Source: Candidatus Bathyarchaeota archaeon (GTDB lineage Archaea; Thermoproteota; Bathyarchaeia; Bathyarchaeales; DTEX01). Taken from it: DNA of 64,000 nucleotides. The position numbers and the translations under genes are program-made. Shown piece after piece: positions 32,727 to 43,562 of this stretch. The DNA lies in NCBI GenBank assembly GCA_963714275.1, contig CAVQNT010000002.1:320001-384000 (forward strand), written 5' to 3'. Numbering within the stretch: the first letter of the stretch is position 1; each line of letters starts with the position of its first letter. The notes below the pieces were generated by a model. It had not been told where the DNA came from, did not search any database, and worked only from the letters and a program-made list of their open reading frames with translations.

Positions 32727-34011
32727 TCATATTGCTGTTGGATCTACAACCTTTCCCATGAATAATATTGTTCCTGAACGGTCATCCCTGATTACAAAAA
32801 AGAATGGTCTGTCTACAATAAAAGTTGGTTTAATAGTGGGAATTGAAGTTAAACCTATTCCTACATTTGTAGCAGCTGCTGCCACAGTTCCCTTTTCATT
32901 AACCTCAATGACAGCCTTATGATCCACATAGTCTATAAAAAGGTCAGCAGGAGCAATGCCTCTAAAATTGGCATTAAACGGATCAAAAGCAATTCCCATC
33001 CCAAGCTTGTCTAAAACATCATTCAAACGCTTTACCCCATATTCTAACTTGAACTTGGGAAACTTTGCCTCAAGGCCTTCTACAAGTTTAAATCCGTCCA
33101 TATAATTCTCCCATGATTCTTTGCTTAATGATTCAATGAAAGAATCAAAAGTGACATCCCTATTCGGCAAGAACACGTACATCGCGATCTTGTCTCTACC
33201 ATAAGGAAATCTTGCAGCCTTGAAGTCTTCCCCTTCATAATAACTAAAGTTTCCCGTTGTTGACATCATGTCCACTTTTGCTGTGCTTCCATCAGATAGG
33301 AAGAAATCAGCTTCCTTGGTTGCTGACTCATTAAAACTTGTTACCCATTCTCCCTTGAAATAAATCGCGTTAATCAAAAACATAATTAGTTCAGGATCGA
33401 TTTCATCCACCATTTTATCTATTTTCCCATTAGTTTTGTTGCTTATCCAAGCATTTATCTCGTCAGGAGTTTGAGGGTTCCCAAAATCACGAGATAAGAC
33501 CTCGCTTTCAAAGTATTCTTTGACCCTTTGTGTGAAGTCCTGCTTAACCAAAGGTTCAAAACTTATTCATTATCCAAATAGAATCGGCAATATCCAATTG
33601 TACTTGCTTATCCACATTTTCTAGACTATCTATTAAGTTCAAGTACCCTTCGTTTAACTCTTCCAAACTCATGTTTCCAAGTTGAAGAGCTCTTGCCATG
33701 GCATCTTTTGTTGTGCCTTCTGCCCCGTTATACGTCATTGACAATGCGATCGAGATACTTAAGGGTGAAATGAAGACATTCATGTTTTTGTCTTCAATAG
33801 ACAGCTCTTTGAAGATGTTGAAAGCAAACTCTGTATTCGAGGAAACAAGACTTTTATCAACCAAATTTGCCTTTTCATCGGATAAGGCATAAACATCATT
33901 GATTTGACTTTGTGGGCTCAAATATTCATTAACAATAGATCCGACAAAAAATACTACTAAAATGATAAGCGTAACTAATGCAACTTTTCTTTTCTTTAAT
34001 TGTTCTATCAC
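32727..34011 (-). CDS. serpin with N-terminal signal/anchor; frameshift ~33558
   Basis: FISPLSI, NAIYFKGEW, EKGTVAAAAT hinge, FIVDRPFFF. Confidence 0.92.
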
Positions 34012-34108
34012 ATAAAGCCCCTTAACTATACTTCTTAAAAATGTTTATTAATCTATACATTAGAACACCACAACATTACCAAAAATAAACATCAGCTAAG
34101 CTAGCTAA

Positions 34109-34642
34109 CACTATTTTAAACAAGTTTTCAGCTTGATTTCTGGAAATCTGAGACATGAATCCCGCAAGAAGTTTAAAGCTTATGATGGAAAAAACAACGC
34201 TTTCAACTTGGCACATGAAGTCTTGTCATGGAAAGTTTACAGAGCCTTAATCAAGGCTAAGCTCGAACCGTATCTAGGCTTCTTGCATTCGGTTCAATTC
34301 GGAAAACCTAGTCTCGTATGCGATTTCCAAGAATTATACAGATACCTCATAGATGATTTTTTGATTGAACGGAGAACAAGGTTTCACAAAAACGACTTCG
34401 TAGTTGTAACGGACTTTATAATGCATCTTAGAATTGGAAAGAAAATTCATTTATGCGATTATGAAACTAACGAGTTAGCCTGATGGTTTAAACGCACTTT
34501 TCGAAAGAACCGTTGAAATTCCGAGGATAAAGGTAGGCAACAGACAACCCTTGAAACCCTGATTAACGAAGAAGCCTTGTTATTCGCCAAGTATCTGAGA
34601 AATGAACGTGAAACTTGGATTCCTAGAGTGCCTTCACTCTAA
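34109..34642 (+). pseudogene. cas1: solo Cas1/casposase-like integrase, C-terminal half, 5'-truncated at the motif cluster
   Basis: HYFKQVF..NNAFNLAHEVL..LEPYLGFLH..KPSLVCDFQELYR..ETLINEEALLFAKYLRNERETWIPR; frameshifts ~34479 and ~34547. Confidence 0.9.
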
Positions 34643-34716
34643 TTTTTGTTAAAATTATGATTAAATTTTTTGAAAGATTATATATATTATTAGTCAGAAT
34701 TAATGATTGGGAATTT

Positions 34717-35763
34717 ATGATGAGTGAAAAGAAAGTTGTAAATAGAAACGTAGCCATTGCGTTAGGAATCATTTGTATCGTTTTAGCAGTCGGTTTAGTC
34801 GTAGATATAGCCAATATGCTAAAAGACAACATCATAGCAAGCAAGGATTCTACAATCAATGACCTAAATTCACAAATCACTAACAAAAACTCTCAAATAG
34901 CAGAGAAAGACAACACTATTTCTTCGTTAAACTCTCAAGTATCGAGTAAAGATTCTCAAATACAGACACTTACAAGCCAAATCATAGACCTACAGAATCA
35001 AATTACCTCACTTCAAAACGAAATTACCTCAAAACAAAACGAAATCTCTTCATTGAATACTCAGATTGCAGATCTTCAAGAATCTTTAGAAAACCTTCAG
35101 GCTAGAATATTAGAACTTGAAAGGATACTATTTACACAAGTAACCATAGACAAATTAGAGTGGAACGTTACAGGAAACAAAGTAACTGTGACCATTCGAA
35201 ACACTGGCAATCTTACAGCAACGATACAGTCGATCAGTCTAAGGGCAAATGTGGCGGGAGACCCTTTCGCAACAGAAAATATTGTTCCTCAGATAACAAT
35301 CGAAGCTGGGAAGACAGATGACGTAGTTTGGGCTCATAATTTGGGCTGGACAATTCACGATAGCACTTCCTACGTTGTTCGAGTAACACTTTCAACAGGC
35401 TTCAATTATGAGATAATCGCTTCTACACCCGAACCACAGATACAGGTAAGGATAGATTATGTACAATGGATTGTATCTCAGAATACAACTAAGATAACCG
35501 TAAGGAATACAGGAAGCCTCACTGCAACGATAGAATCAGTTGCAATAAGAAATAATCCAGGAGGAACATGGTATGTAACCACTATCCCCGCCGAAGCATC
35601 TGTTTCACCTACGTTGCCAACAACAATCGATGTCTGGTCCACAATAGATATTACTGTAATCTGGAAGAACCTGAAGCTGCAATCTAACAAATCATATGTT
35701 ATCAGAGTAACCACCGCAACAGGCTTCAACTTCGAGCTGACTTTTCAGTCGCCATCAGGTTAG
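34717..35763 (+). CDS. membrane-anchored surface protein: TM, coiled coil, two repeated beta domains
   Basis: TIRNTGNLTATIQSI..SYVVRVTLSTG and TVRNTGSLTATIESV..SYVIRVTTATG. Confidence 0.8.
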   Translation: MMSEKKVVNRNVAIALGIICIVLAVGLVVDIANMLKDNIIASKDSTINDLNSQITNKNSQIAEKDNTISSLNSQVSSKDSQIQTLTSQIIDLQNQITSLQNEITSKQNEISSLNTQIADLQESLENLQARILELERILFTQVTIDKLEWNVTGNKVTVTIRNTGNLTATIQSISLRANVAGDPFATENIVPQITIEAGKTDDVVWAHNLGWTIHDSTSYVVRVTLSTGFNYEIIASTPEPQIQVRIDYVQWIVSQNTTKITVRNTGSLTATIESVAIRNNPGGTWYVTTIPAEASVSPTLPTTIDVWSTIDITVIWKNLKLQSNKSYVIRVTTATGFNFELTFQSPSG

Positions 35764-35797
35764 CATGGATAGCTCAGCTAGAGAATCGAGCGTTTTA

Positions 35798-35970
35798 GGC
35801 TAGCTAGTTTTTTGTGTGATATATTATACTCTCTCTCATGTGTGTGAGTATATTTTTTCGTATTGTGAGGAGAGAGAGGTAGAGGAAGTAAGAGTAAGAT
35901 AGACAGAGAACATTAATAGTAGTTATAGAAGAAGAAGAAGAAAAGATTAAAATTTAATTCCTTCCTTCCT
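35798..35970 (+). repeat. ATTAAAATTTAAT-core repeat starting at GGCTAGCTAG
   Basis: Core at 35946-35958 after a purine-rich tract. Confidence 0.7.
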
Positions 35971-36062
35971 GAATTATGAACTGTTAATTCGACGAATATC
36001 TAAAAAACAATTTAGAAATTTGAAATAAAAGATGGATTTAAGATATTGTTATTTGATTCTGA

Positions 36063-36320
36063 ATGCTTAAAAATAGGTACAAAAATACAAAACACAATAT
36101 GAGTCCTTTTCGTCTAATTGTGTTAGGAATACTTTTTATCATGTGGACTGCTTTTTCATTCGGCATTTCTACAATTATGACTGATGCAAGATTTTCTGCA
36201 TGGTGGCAAATTGTAATTGCATTATGTTTCTTGTGGCTTTCCTATGTTGCCATCGGACGTCTTATTCAGGAAGCTAGTTACACTGTTAAGCCAATCTGTG
36301 ACTTGTATTTTTGCCTATAG
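36063..36320 (+). CDS. small 2-TM membrane protein
   Basis: 85-aa ORF. Confidence 0.5.
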   Translation: MLKNRYKNTKHNMSPFRLIVLGILFIMWTAFSFGISTIMTDARFSAWWQIVIALCFLWLSYVAIGRLIQEASYTVKPICDLYFCL

Positions 36321-36835
36321 TACCAGTTAGCTAGATATTCCGTTCTTCTGTTTACTTATAGCTGAAGAACACGAGAGAGAAATAAAGAACCTATCTAGCT
36401 AATATGTTTCGAGCTGTTTTAAGTAGAGTTACAAGTTCCTCTTCTGACAGATCATTTTTGTCGTTTGCTTTGTTAAGCTTTGCTCATAGCTGAGCTAAGT
36501 CCAAATGGTATCTAGCTTGTTTTTCTAGCTTTTCAGTCATTTTAATCTTTTTTTTAATATTTTTTGATTAGTAAAAGTGTTGTGAAACAAAATTACATGT
36601 TATAACTAAATAGCAGACATATTATTTGACAATGCTCAGCTAGTTGTCAAGATAGCTAGGAAGCTTACTTTCTCAACTTACAATTTTACTTCGGCAAGAC
36701 TTCCTAAAATAAGCCTTTGTCTTCGTCTTTTTGGTACGACTCTTTGATTCTCACCACTTCTTTCACGGACGTGGAATCCAAACTCTGAGTTCATAAGACT
36801 AAAATGTATATGGAATATAGATTTTTCGTATAATA

Positions 36836-37075
36836 ATGTTCGCAGCAGTTGAAGAATTAGAAGTCATGCCTGTCACTTCCAGCGAGGTTCTTCGGATTCT
36901 TGGGGCGTTGAACTCGGAGGTGCTAGAAAATATTCTGGATGAGACAAAGTTCTCGAAAAGAATCGCTTCTCTCCAAGAACAGAGGGTTATTGTTGTGGAT
37001 AAACCAGCAGGTCCTGTGGATTCTGCTACAGTAAGTGTTGAGGCTTCTATTGGGAGGGAATCTAGCAATGACTGA
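36836..37075 (+). CDS. hypothetical protein, followed by an overlapping short ORF to 37220
   Basis: ORF track only. Confidence 0.4.
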   Translation: MFAAVEELEVMPVTSSEVLRILGALNSEVLENILDETKFSKRIASLQEQRVIVVDKPAGPVDSATVSVEASIGRESSND

Positions 37076-37382
37076 GGGCGTTGACAAATTCGATTACAGG
37101 TCTTACATTAGGATGAAGGCATTCAAGATTCTGGACCGAAACGAAGGGGTGAAACTGACGAGGAAGACTCTTGGAAGTCTCGAAATTATCGGTTTCCATT
37201 TGGTTCCATCGATATACTGATGATTTGCTATAACTAGTTATTCGTAAGCTCAGCTAGCTTTGCATCAAACAGTTACTTCCAACTTACAGGAGTAATTGAG
37301 CAATCCCACTTCAGTGTTAGAAAAAATGAATGATAGTTTACTCTTTTCTTCTTCTTTAAACATGAAAGATATGGAATCCACG

Positions 37383-37533
37383 TAGCTAGCTAGCCAGAGA
37401 GAGAAAGAGAAAGATTAAATTTTAATCCCAAACCCAAACCCATACTTAATTACACCCCTATACTCCAATACTCATACTTACCAATACAAGGCTAAACAAA
37501 CAAACACAAACACACACAAAAGCTCAGCTAGCT
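37383..37533 (+). repeat. complete ~150-bp repeat unit bounded by AGCT-palindrome clusters on both sides
   Basis: TAGCTAGCTAGC-AG tract-ATTAAATTTTAAT-CCCAAACCCAAACCC-CA tract-AGCTCAGCTAGCT. Confidence 0.8.
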
Positions 37534-37643
37534 TATGGAGTTTTCGAGCGTGCTTTATTATCAATATTATCCAAGAACATCAATAATACTACAGAAAAAA
37601 TTATATATTCATTCATGTTAATAGATTTTTTTGTGAACGGGGT

Positions 37644-38331
37644 TTGAATTTGAATATCTATCCAATTGACTTTGGCTTTAATCAATGCTACATAATCCAG
37701 AGTGAAGGTACTATCATGATCGATGGTGGCTCCCCAAACAAGGCAGAAGCCTTTAAGCAAGCAATAGAAAAGATTCAGATGAACCCTCAAGATATCAAAT
37801 TAATGGTCTTGACTCATGGGCATTTTGACCACATAGGTTCTGCTAAGGAAATAAAGGAGATAACAGGCGCCAAGATCGCTATGCACCTATCGGACATAGA
37901 CTACATTGACAAATCCAAATGGACACATATGCTTCCAAAAGGAGTCGGTATCTGGGGTAGCATAAACAGCGCGTTAACGCACGTTGCCATACCTTTTATA
38001 AATTTCCCACCGTTCGAAGTCGACATAGTCATTAGAGATGAAGGGATGCCATTGACAGGTTTTGGAATCCCAGGTAAAGTGGTCTACACTCCTGGTCACA
38101 CTGCTGGATCTATCAGTGTCATATTGGACTCAGGAGACGCTTTTATAGGATGCTTAGCCCAGAACAAGACTACCATTGCGACTGAGTCCCGGACTGCCTG
38201 TTTTGGCTGACAACATCGAAAAAGTAAAGGAAAGTTGGAGATCAATATTGGATCTGGGAGTAAAAACGGTATATCCAGGACACGGAAAGCCCTTTTCCGC
38301 TGACATAATCCGAAAGGCTTTGGCTAGCTAG
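37644..38331 (+). CDS. MBL-fold metallo-hydrolase; frameshift at ~38169
   Basis: THGHFDHIG, TPGHTAGS, YPGHGKPF after correction. Confidence 0.88.
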
Positions 38332-38388
38332 CTTAGAGTGCGCGTAAGACGCAAGAGGTTTTACTAATATGAAGACTTTTATCAATCC

Positions 38389-39448
38389 GTGAACATACCT
38401 TTCGAATGTATGTTGAACGAATCTCAACTTGATAATAACATTGAATGGCTTTTAGCAAAAGGTTCATCCCCAATAGTTTATCTAACACATCTGAACCTCC
38501 TCAATCGAGAACACTGCACAATTGAGATGCAAGGACTGTGGAATCAAGTTCAGACTTCCTTGGATAGCAAGGAGATTTTTGGAAAACAGCGAGAGGACGG
38601 AAGCTGGTATGATGGTGGTTCTTGGTCGTATAAACCAACCTATATGCCCAAATCAGGTTATACGCCAGTAAGCCCAAAATACGTGACAACAGTCTGGCTT
38701 CTAGTTAAACTAGGTGAAATGGGGTACACAGTAAAAGATCCGAGGATAAGAAAAGCCTGTGAGTGGATGATGAAGTGGCAGTGGCAGAATGGGGTTCTTT
38801 CAGAGAAGAAAGAAGCTTCACAGTCACTGAGGGTTTGTCCTAATCCCTCTAATTTTCCTTGCAGGATGAGTATTCAGACTCGAAGCCTTAGCTAAAGTTG
38901 GTTTTGGTACTGATCCTAGAATGCGTAAATCTTGGGAGTTAATGCTGAGGTGGAGGCGTGAGGATAAAGGATGGGTTCATGATGGGCATCTTGATGGGAC
39001 AGCTTCACCGTACAAGATCTGGACTAGGAGTTGTCCTTATGTCTCTTATATTGCTACGAGCGCGCTCTTTTATTCTGGAGTCCCAGAGTACAAGAAGTAT
39101 GCTGAGGAGAGCCTAGACTTCATTCTGTGGCATATGGATCAGAAGGAGCCTAAGGATCTTCAGAGGTTTTTCTGGCATGGACATGAGCCATTGAAGGAGT
39201 TGTTGATGTTCAGTGAGGTTGGGTTTGATCCTGAGCAAAGGTCCATTCAGGTTCTCCTTGAGTGGCTTAAGGGAATGTATGACCCGGGTGAAGCGTGTTT
39301 TAGTTATAAAGGTAAACCCTATTCCAAGATGAATATTAAGGAGGATAATGCCACATCCCATGTAATGAAATATAGAATGTACCATCAAGCTGAGGATGAC
39401 TGGTTAACATATTACGCAACAAGGATATTCAAAAATTTCTTGAATTGA
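38389..39448 (+). CDS. prenyltransferase/squalene-cyclase-like helical-barrel protein; frameshift at ~38878
   Basis: QREDGSW, KYVTTVWLL, DPRIRKACEW; joined via LEALAKVGFGTDPR. Confidence 0.6.
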
Positions 39449-39689
39449 ACAGACTAACTACATTTATTTCCATTACTAAACTTGGCGCACGTTAAAAATC
39501 TTTTCCAAACTTTGGTATTAACGAAAGACGTTGTTTAAGGACTCTTTTTACATTGAGGTATCTATCGAAATGAACCTTGTTTACAACGAGGACTCTGTCT
39601 GTAATAAGTAATTTAAAATAACCAGCTATGTCTCAGTTTGTGGCTTGTTCCCTGCTGTCAGATATTTGAGAAGTAACTGCCAGTCCTTC

Positions 39690-39917
39690 TCAAGGGCAGA
39701 GAAGTTGTTCTTTCTTCTGTTTATCTGGTTCTACCCTAACACTAAGAGGCCCAATCCCAGCAAGAGATGGCAAGATTTGTGATAATAATTGCTCTGCACT
39801 AAGTAGCCGAACTATACCGTTTGGATTGGTTTGTGTCCAACCATTCTTCTCTTTATGGTATCTTTGAATATAGCCATGTTTAGTTGTGATGTAGATTGTG
39901 CACTCATTATTCTTCAA
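39690..39917 (-). CDS. small hypothetical protein
   Basis: 75-aa ORF. Confidence 0.5.
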   Translation of the reverse strand: MKNNECTIYITTKHGYIQRYHKEKNGWTQTNPNGIVRLLSAEQLLSQILPSLAGIGPLSVRVEPDKQKKEQLLCP

Positions 39918-40043
39918 CTGAAATCACTAATCCGCATGATATCCTTCGGTTCTGCTATAACTTTTTCTCAAAATCAAAAACTGTCATTAAATGACTTAAT
40001 TACTATGTTACACATATTTAGAATCTAGAAAGCCTTTAAGGAG

Positions 40044-40496
40044 TTGATAAGTATGGTCAGACTAAGAGATATAATGGTTTCTCCGGTTATAACAACTAAA
40101 AAGAACGCAAAGATAAGTGAAGCGGCAAGCACAATGTGCGCAAATAACTTAGGCTCACTAGTTGTTGTTGATAATAATGAAAAGCCAGTAGGCATGGTTA
40201 CAGAGCGGGATATGCTACGAAAGGTCATCATGACATCGAAAAACCCAAAACAAACCGATGTTTCCCAAATTATGTCAAGTCCTTTAGTAACAGGCGATCC
40301 AGACATGGACGTGGAGCATGCCGCCAAGTTCATGCTACAGAAAGACATCAAGAGGTTGCCGATTGTTGAAGAAGGAAAAATGATTGGTATAGTGACTTTC
40401 ACGGATATAATGAAGGCTCAACCTCAAATTATGATTGCCCTTGAAAGGAGTCTCGAAAAGTTGCCTAAACGGTTCAGGAAGTGGATGAGAAAATAG
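40044..40496 (+). CDS. tandem CBS-domain protein
   Basis: GSLVVVD..GMVTERD; KRLPIVE..GIVTFTD. Confidence 0.92.
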   Translation: MISMVRLRDIMVSPVITTKKNAKISEAASTMCANNLGSLVVVDNNEKPVGMVTERDMLRKVIMTSKNPKQTDVSQIMSSPLVTGDPDMDVEHAAKFMLQKDIKRLPIVEEGKMIGIVTFTDIMKAQPQIMIALERSLEKLPKRFRKWMRK

Positions 40497-40578
40497 GGTA
40501 GTAAGAGATCCATTGATTTCTATACAATAGGATTCTATGAATATAAAAAAATAGGGGCATTATTTCGTAAGCAAGTGT

Positions 40579-40872
40579 TTACCTGAAATCTTCTGAATCT
40601 ACTACCGTCATTGGATATGGTCCTTCAAATGGGGCTGGAACTTTTTTGAGAACTTGTCGGATTGCCTCAGCATTTGTGGCATTCCATTGGCACAGTATTT
40701 TGACGATTTTGCCCTCTTGATTCAGTTGGGCCCAACTGTTGACCCAGTAGGCATCAAGTGTTGAATTGGCTTTTGCTGCTTTACCTACAGGAGCAGCTTC
40801 TGCTATGGTTGCAGGAGCTGGTAGTGGGTGAACAACTAAAAATTTCGGCATATTTTTTTTCTCCAAAAACAT
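40579..40872 (-). CDS. small DUF4242-like protein
   Basis: MPKFLVVH..KILCQWNATNAEAI. Confidence 0.55.
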   Translation of the reverse strand: MFLEKKNMPKFLVVHPLPAPATIAEAAPVGKAAKANSTLDAYWVNSWAQLNQEGKIVKILCQWNATNAEAIRQVLKKVPAPFEGPYPMTVVDSEDFR

Positions 40873-41820
40873 ATTTTTTAAGTTACATCTATATAAGTAC
40901 TTTTACTTTGTTTGATGTTTCTCTTGTACTAAAAAGTTCCTCATATATATGTAAGATAGCAAACCGTAGTAAGTCTGTGAAGCTTGAAGACAAGGGAAAT
41001 CTTGATAGCCAACAGTGATGGACACTACTATGCCATTAACAGTTAGACAAAATCACAGACTGGATATATCTTTCTAAGATAGTGTACTTTGCTGAGGTTT
41101 TCAACATAATCCTCAAACCCGACAAGAGAAAAGAAACAAGGAATGTTAGGTTTTCTAATATTCGCTATGCTGAACTTTGATTGTACCACATAATAGTAAA
41201 GTTGTACCTTGATAGCTAGTTTTCTGGCTTAGACTTAGCACGACCCTTAATCTTCATTGCTAACTCACTATCAAGTTATAAAAAAAATCGGAAAGAGTAA
41301 AAGTGCCTAATTACCAACAATATAGTAGAGAGATTATGTCCCCCAAAAAAGGACTCTAATAATGATGAAGGTTGTAACCAGAAAAATTTTTGTGAACACC
41401 CCCTGTATTTGGCGAGAAAAATACAGAAAGCAAGAAAAGGAAGCCTTAAATGATGTATCTTTCTAAAAAATAGTGAGTGAACAAGCTATGAGGGGAGATG
41501 GAATATGAGACTTTTGGTATGACAATAGGTTTCTTGGTATCCTGCTCTGGTGTTTATTGTTTTTATTTGGCTTAGTCATTATTGCTATTGGATTTGACGT
41601 TTACAATGGCATAATCATCATAGGGGTTGTTCTCATTATCGCATTCAAACTTTTTGAAAAATACATTAAAAGATGGAGAGAGTAAAAAAAATATAATTTT
41701 CGTTCTTATTCTCAATAGAGAAATCAGAGCATAGTTTGTATATTTCTAAGTCTCTAGCCTGCTAAGTGTTTCATGTGAATTCCTACACAAGCAATAAAAC
41801 TAAAACAGAACAACTGTTGC

Positions 41821-42369
41821 ATGGTGAGAAAAATGCTTGAAGGCAAAAATGTAAATTTAAGACTCATGGAGAAAGAGGATATGTCTCTGTTTGCAGAATG
41901 GGCTAACAAGCCTGAGGTCTTTGGTGAATATAATCCTCTGCATCAGATGTCCAGAACAGAGGCAGAGAAGATGCTTGAGAATCCTCTTGAACTGAAACCA
42001 TTCTTTATAGAGAAAAAAGATGGAAGCAAAATTGGTTTTGTAGCCCATTTTAACGTCCTGCACGTTGCGGGAAAACTGTTGGAAATAGGTTATTCTCTGG
42101 TTCCAAATGAAAGAGGCAAAGGCTACTGCACAGAAGCTGTAAGGATTATGGTGGACTACCTTTTTCTATCGAGAGAAACGATGCGTATTCAAGCTAGCAC
42201 AGATACGAGAAATCTTGCTTCTCAGAAGGTTCTGGAAAAGGCAGGTTTCAAAAAGGAAGGAACGATGCGTAAATACTTTTTCATCAGAGGAGAAACGAGA
42301 GACGCCTATCTCTACAGCATTCTCAGAGAAGAATGGAAAGAACCAAAAATACTAACAAAAGCCACTTGA
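41821..42369 (+). CDS. RimJ/RimL GNAT acetyltransferase
   Basis: EIGY, RGKGYCTEA, NLASQKVLEKAGFKKEG. Confidence 0.92.
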   Translation: MVRKMLEGKNVNLRLMEKEDMSLFAEWANKPEVFGEYNPLHQMSRTEAEKMLENPLELKPFFIEKKDGSKIGFVAHFNVLHVAGKLLEIGYSLVPNERGKGYCTEAVRIMVDYLFLSRETMRIQASTDTRNLASQKVLEKAGFKKEGTMRKYFFIRGETRDAYLYSILREEWKEPKILTKAT

Positions 42370-42579
42370 AGACAGCCTGGTTTTAGCTAACTAGTAATAG
42401 ATTTTAGGAAAGGCTATAGAGATTGTATTGAAAATGTGAATTTCACATAAAGGCGATGCTGTATTTAAATGACAATATATGCAGGTAATGTTAAGACAGT
42501 ATTTGCCCCTATTAGCTAACCTAAAAAGCGGTAAGCATAACTGAAGCTTTCTTTGCATGAAAAATAGGAGACAGATGTA

Positions 42580-42864
42580 TTGGAAATATTTGAACATGAA
42601 ATATACAAGTTTCTCACGGAACGTAAAGATGCGATGAAAATATCCGAAGTATGTGAAGCTTTTGGGCAAGACCGTGAAACGAGAGATAATGTTAGAGAAA
42701 AATTGTTAATGATGGCTAGGTACGGCTTAATATTTATTGACGGAGAATACGTATCCGCCCGCAGGATTCTTGAAAAGAGAACTGAATATGACAGGAATGT
42801 CCAAGCAAAACCAGTTCCCGCAACTATGAAGGCCATAAAGCGTGCACGCTTACTAATAAGTTAA
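42580..42864 (+). CDS. winged-helix-like hypothetical protein
   Basis: MKISEVCE..KLLMMARYGLI. Confidence 0.5.
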   Translation: MEIFEHEIYKFLTERKDAMKISEVCEAFGQDRETRDNVREKLLMMARYGLIFIDGEYVSARRILEKRTEYDRNVQAKPVPATMKAIKRARLLIS

Positions 42865-42919
42865 AATAGTCCGAGAATTTGGTCGCGCTTCCTCCTTCTC
42901 ATAAGGGTGAAAGATTAGA

Positions 42920-43390
42920 TTGGAGGGCAGTTATCACGAGCTTCTCAAGAAAGTTGCTAATAACAAACTTGAGAGGGATGGATATGCCCTATACGTTGAG
43001 CCTCGTGAATCTCCTTTAGAGCAGCTTACATGGGATTATTATCGTCCAGACATTCTTGGAGTATCATCCAGTCAGTCAACTTTGAAGATTGTTATTGTAG
43101 AATGTGAGACAAATCCGTCAATGAGGCGGATGAAAGGTAAAACTTCAAAGTTAAGACGATGTTTTTCTTTACAAAAACGGTTGTGTGAAGAATATTATCT
43201 ACGCCTATTATTAGTAATTCCACCTATGAAGCTCCGAAGAGTGAACGGGTCTACTATACGCAGGTCATGGGAAATATGGACCGTAAACAAGAAAGGAGCC
43301 ATAATCTACACAATCCCTCCATTATACAAAATACCAGCTGAGCTAAACATTTCGATATACTACTGGTCAAGCACCACCCCTCACCAATGA
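42920..43390 (+). CDS. PD-(D/E)xK nuclease-fold protein
   Basis: YHELLK, RPDILG, IVECET; 3' end runs through the CAGCTGAGCTAA junction. Confidence 0.6.
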   Translation: MEGSYHELLKKVANNKLERDGYALYVEPRESPLEQLTWDYYRPDILGVSSSQSTLKIVIVECETNPSMRRMKGKTSKLRRCFSLQKRLCEEYYLRLLLVIPPMKLRRVNGSTIRRSWEIWTVNKKGAIIYTIPPLYKIPAELNISIYYWSSTTPHQ

Positions 43391-43562
43391 AGAGATTGGA
43401 TCAATGCTTAAAGAGAACCATCATGCGAGGATTTACACACACAATAAAGACGAACCATATACGCTAGTTAGCATACACGCTATTTACATGAAGCTGCTTT
43501 TTTTACAGAATTTCTTGTTCTATAGAAGAATTAAATGTTTACACTCTCAGAAACTCCAGCGT

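Noticed and set aside
33900-35000. CRISPR-Cas locus around cas1
   Set aside because: No regularly spaced 25-40 bp repeats, cas2 or effector genes seen.
39500-39580. Possible further, highly decayed cas1 3' remnant (ATTAACGAA...GTATCT..GAAATGAAC)
   Set aside because: Similarity too patchy to support by eye.
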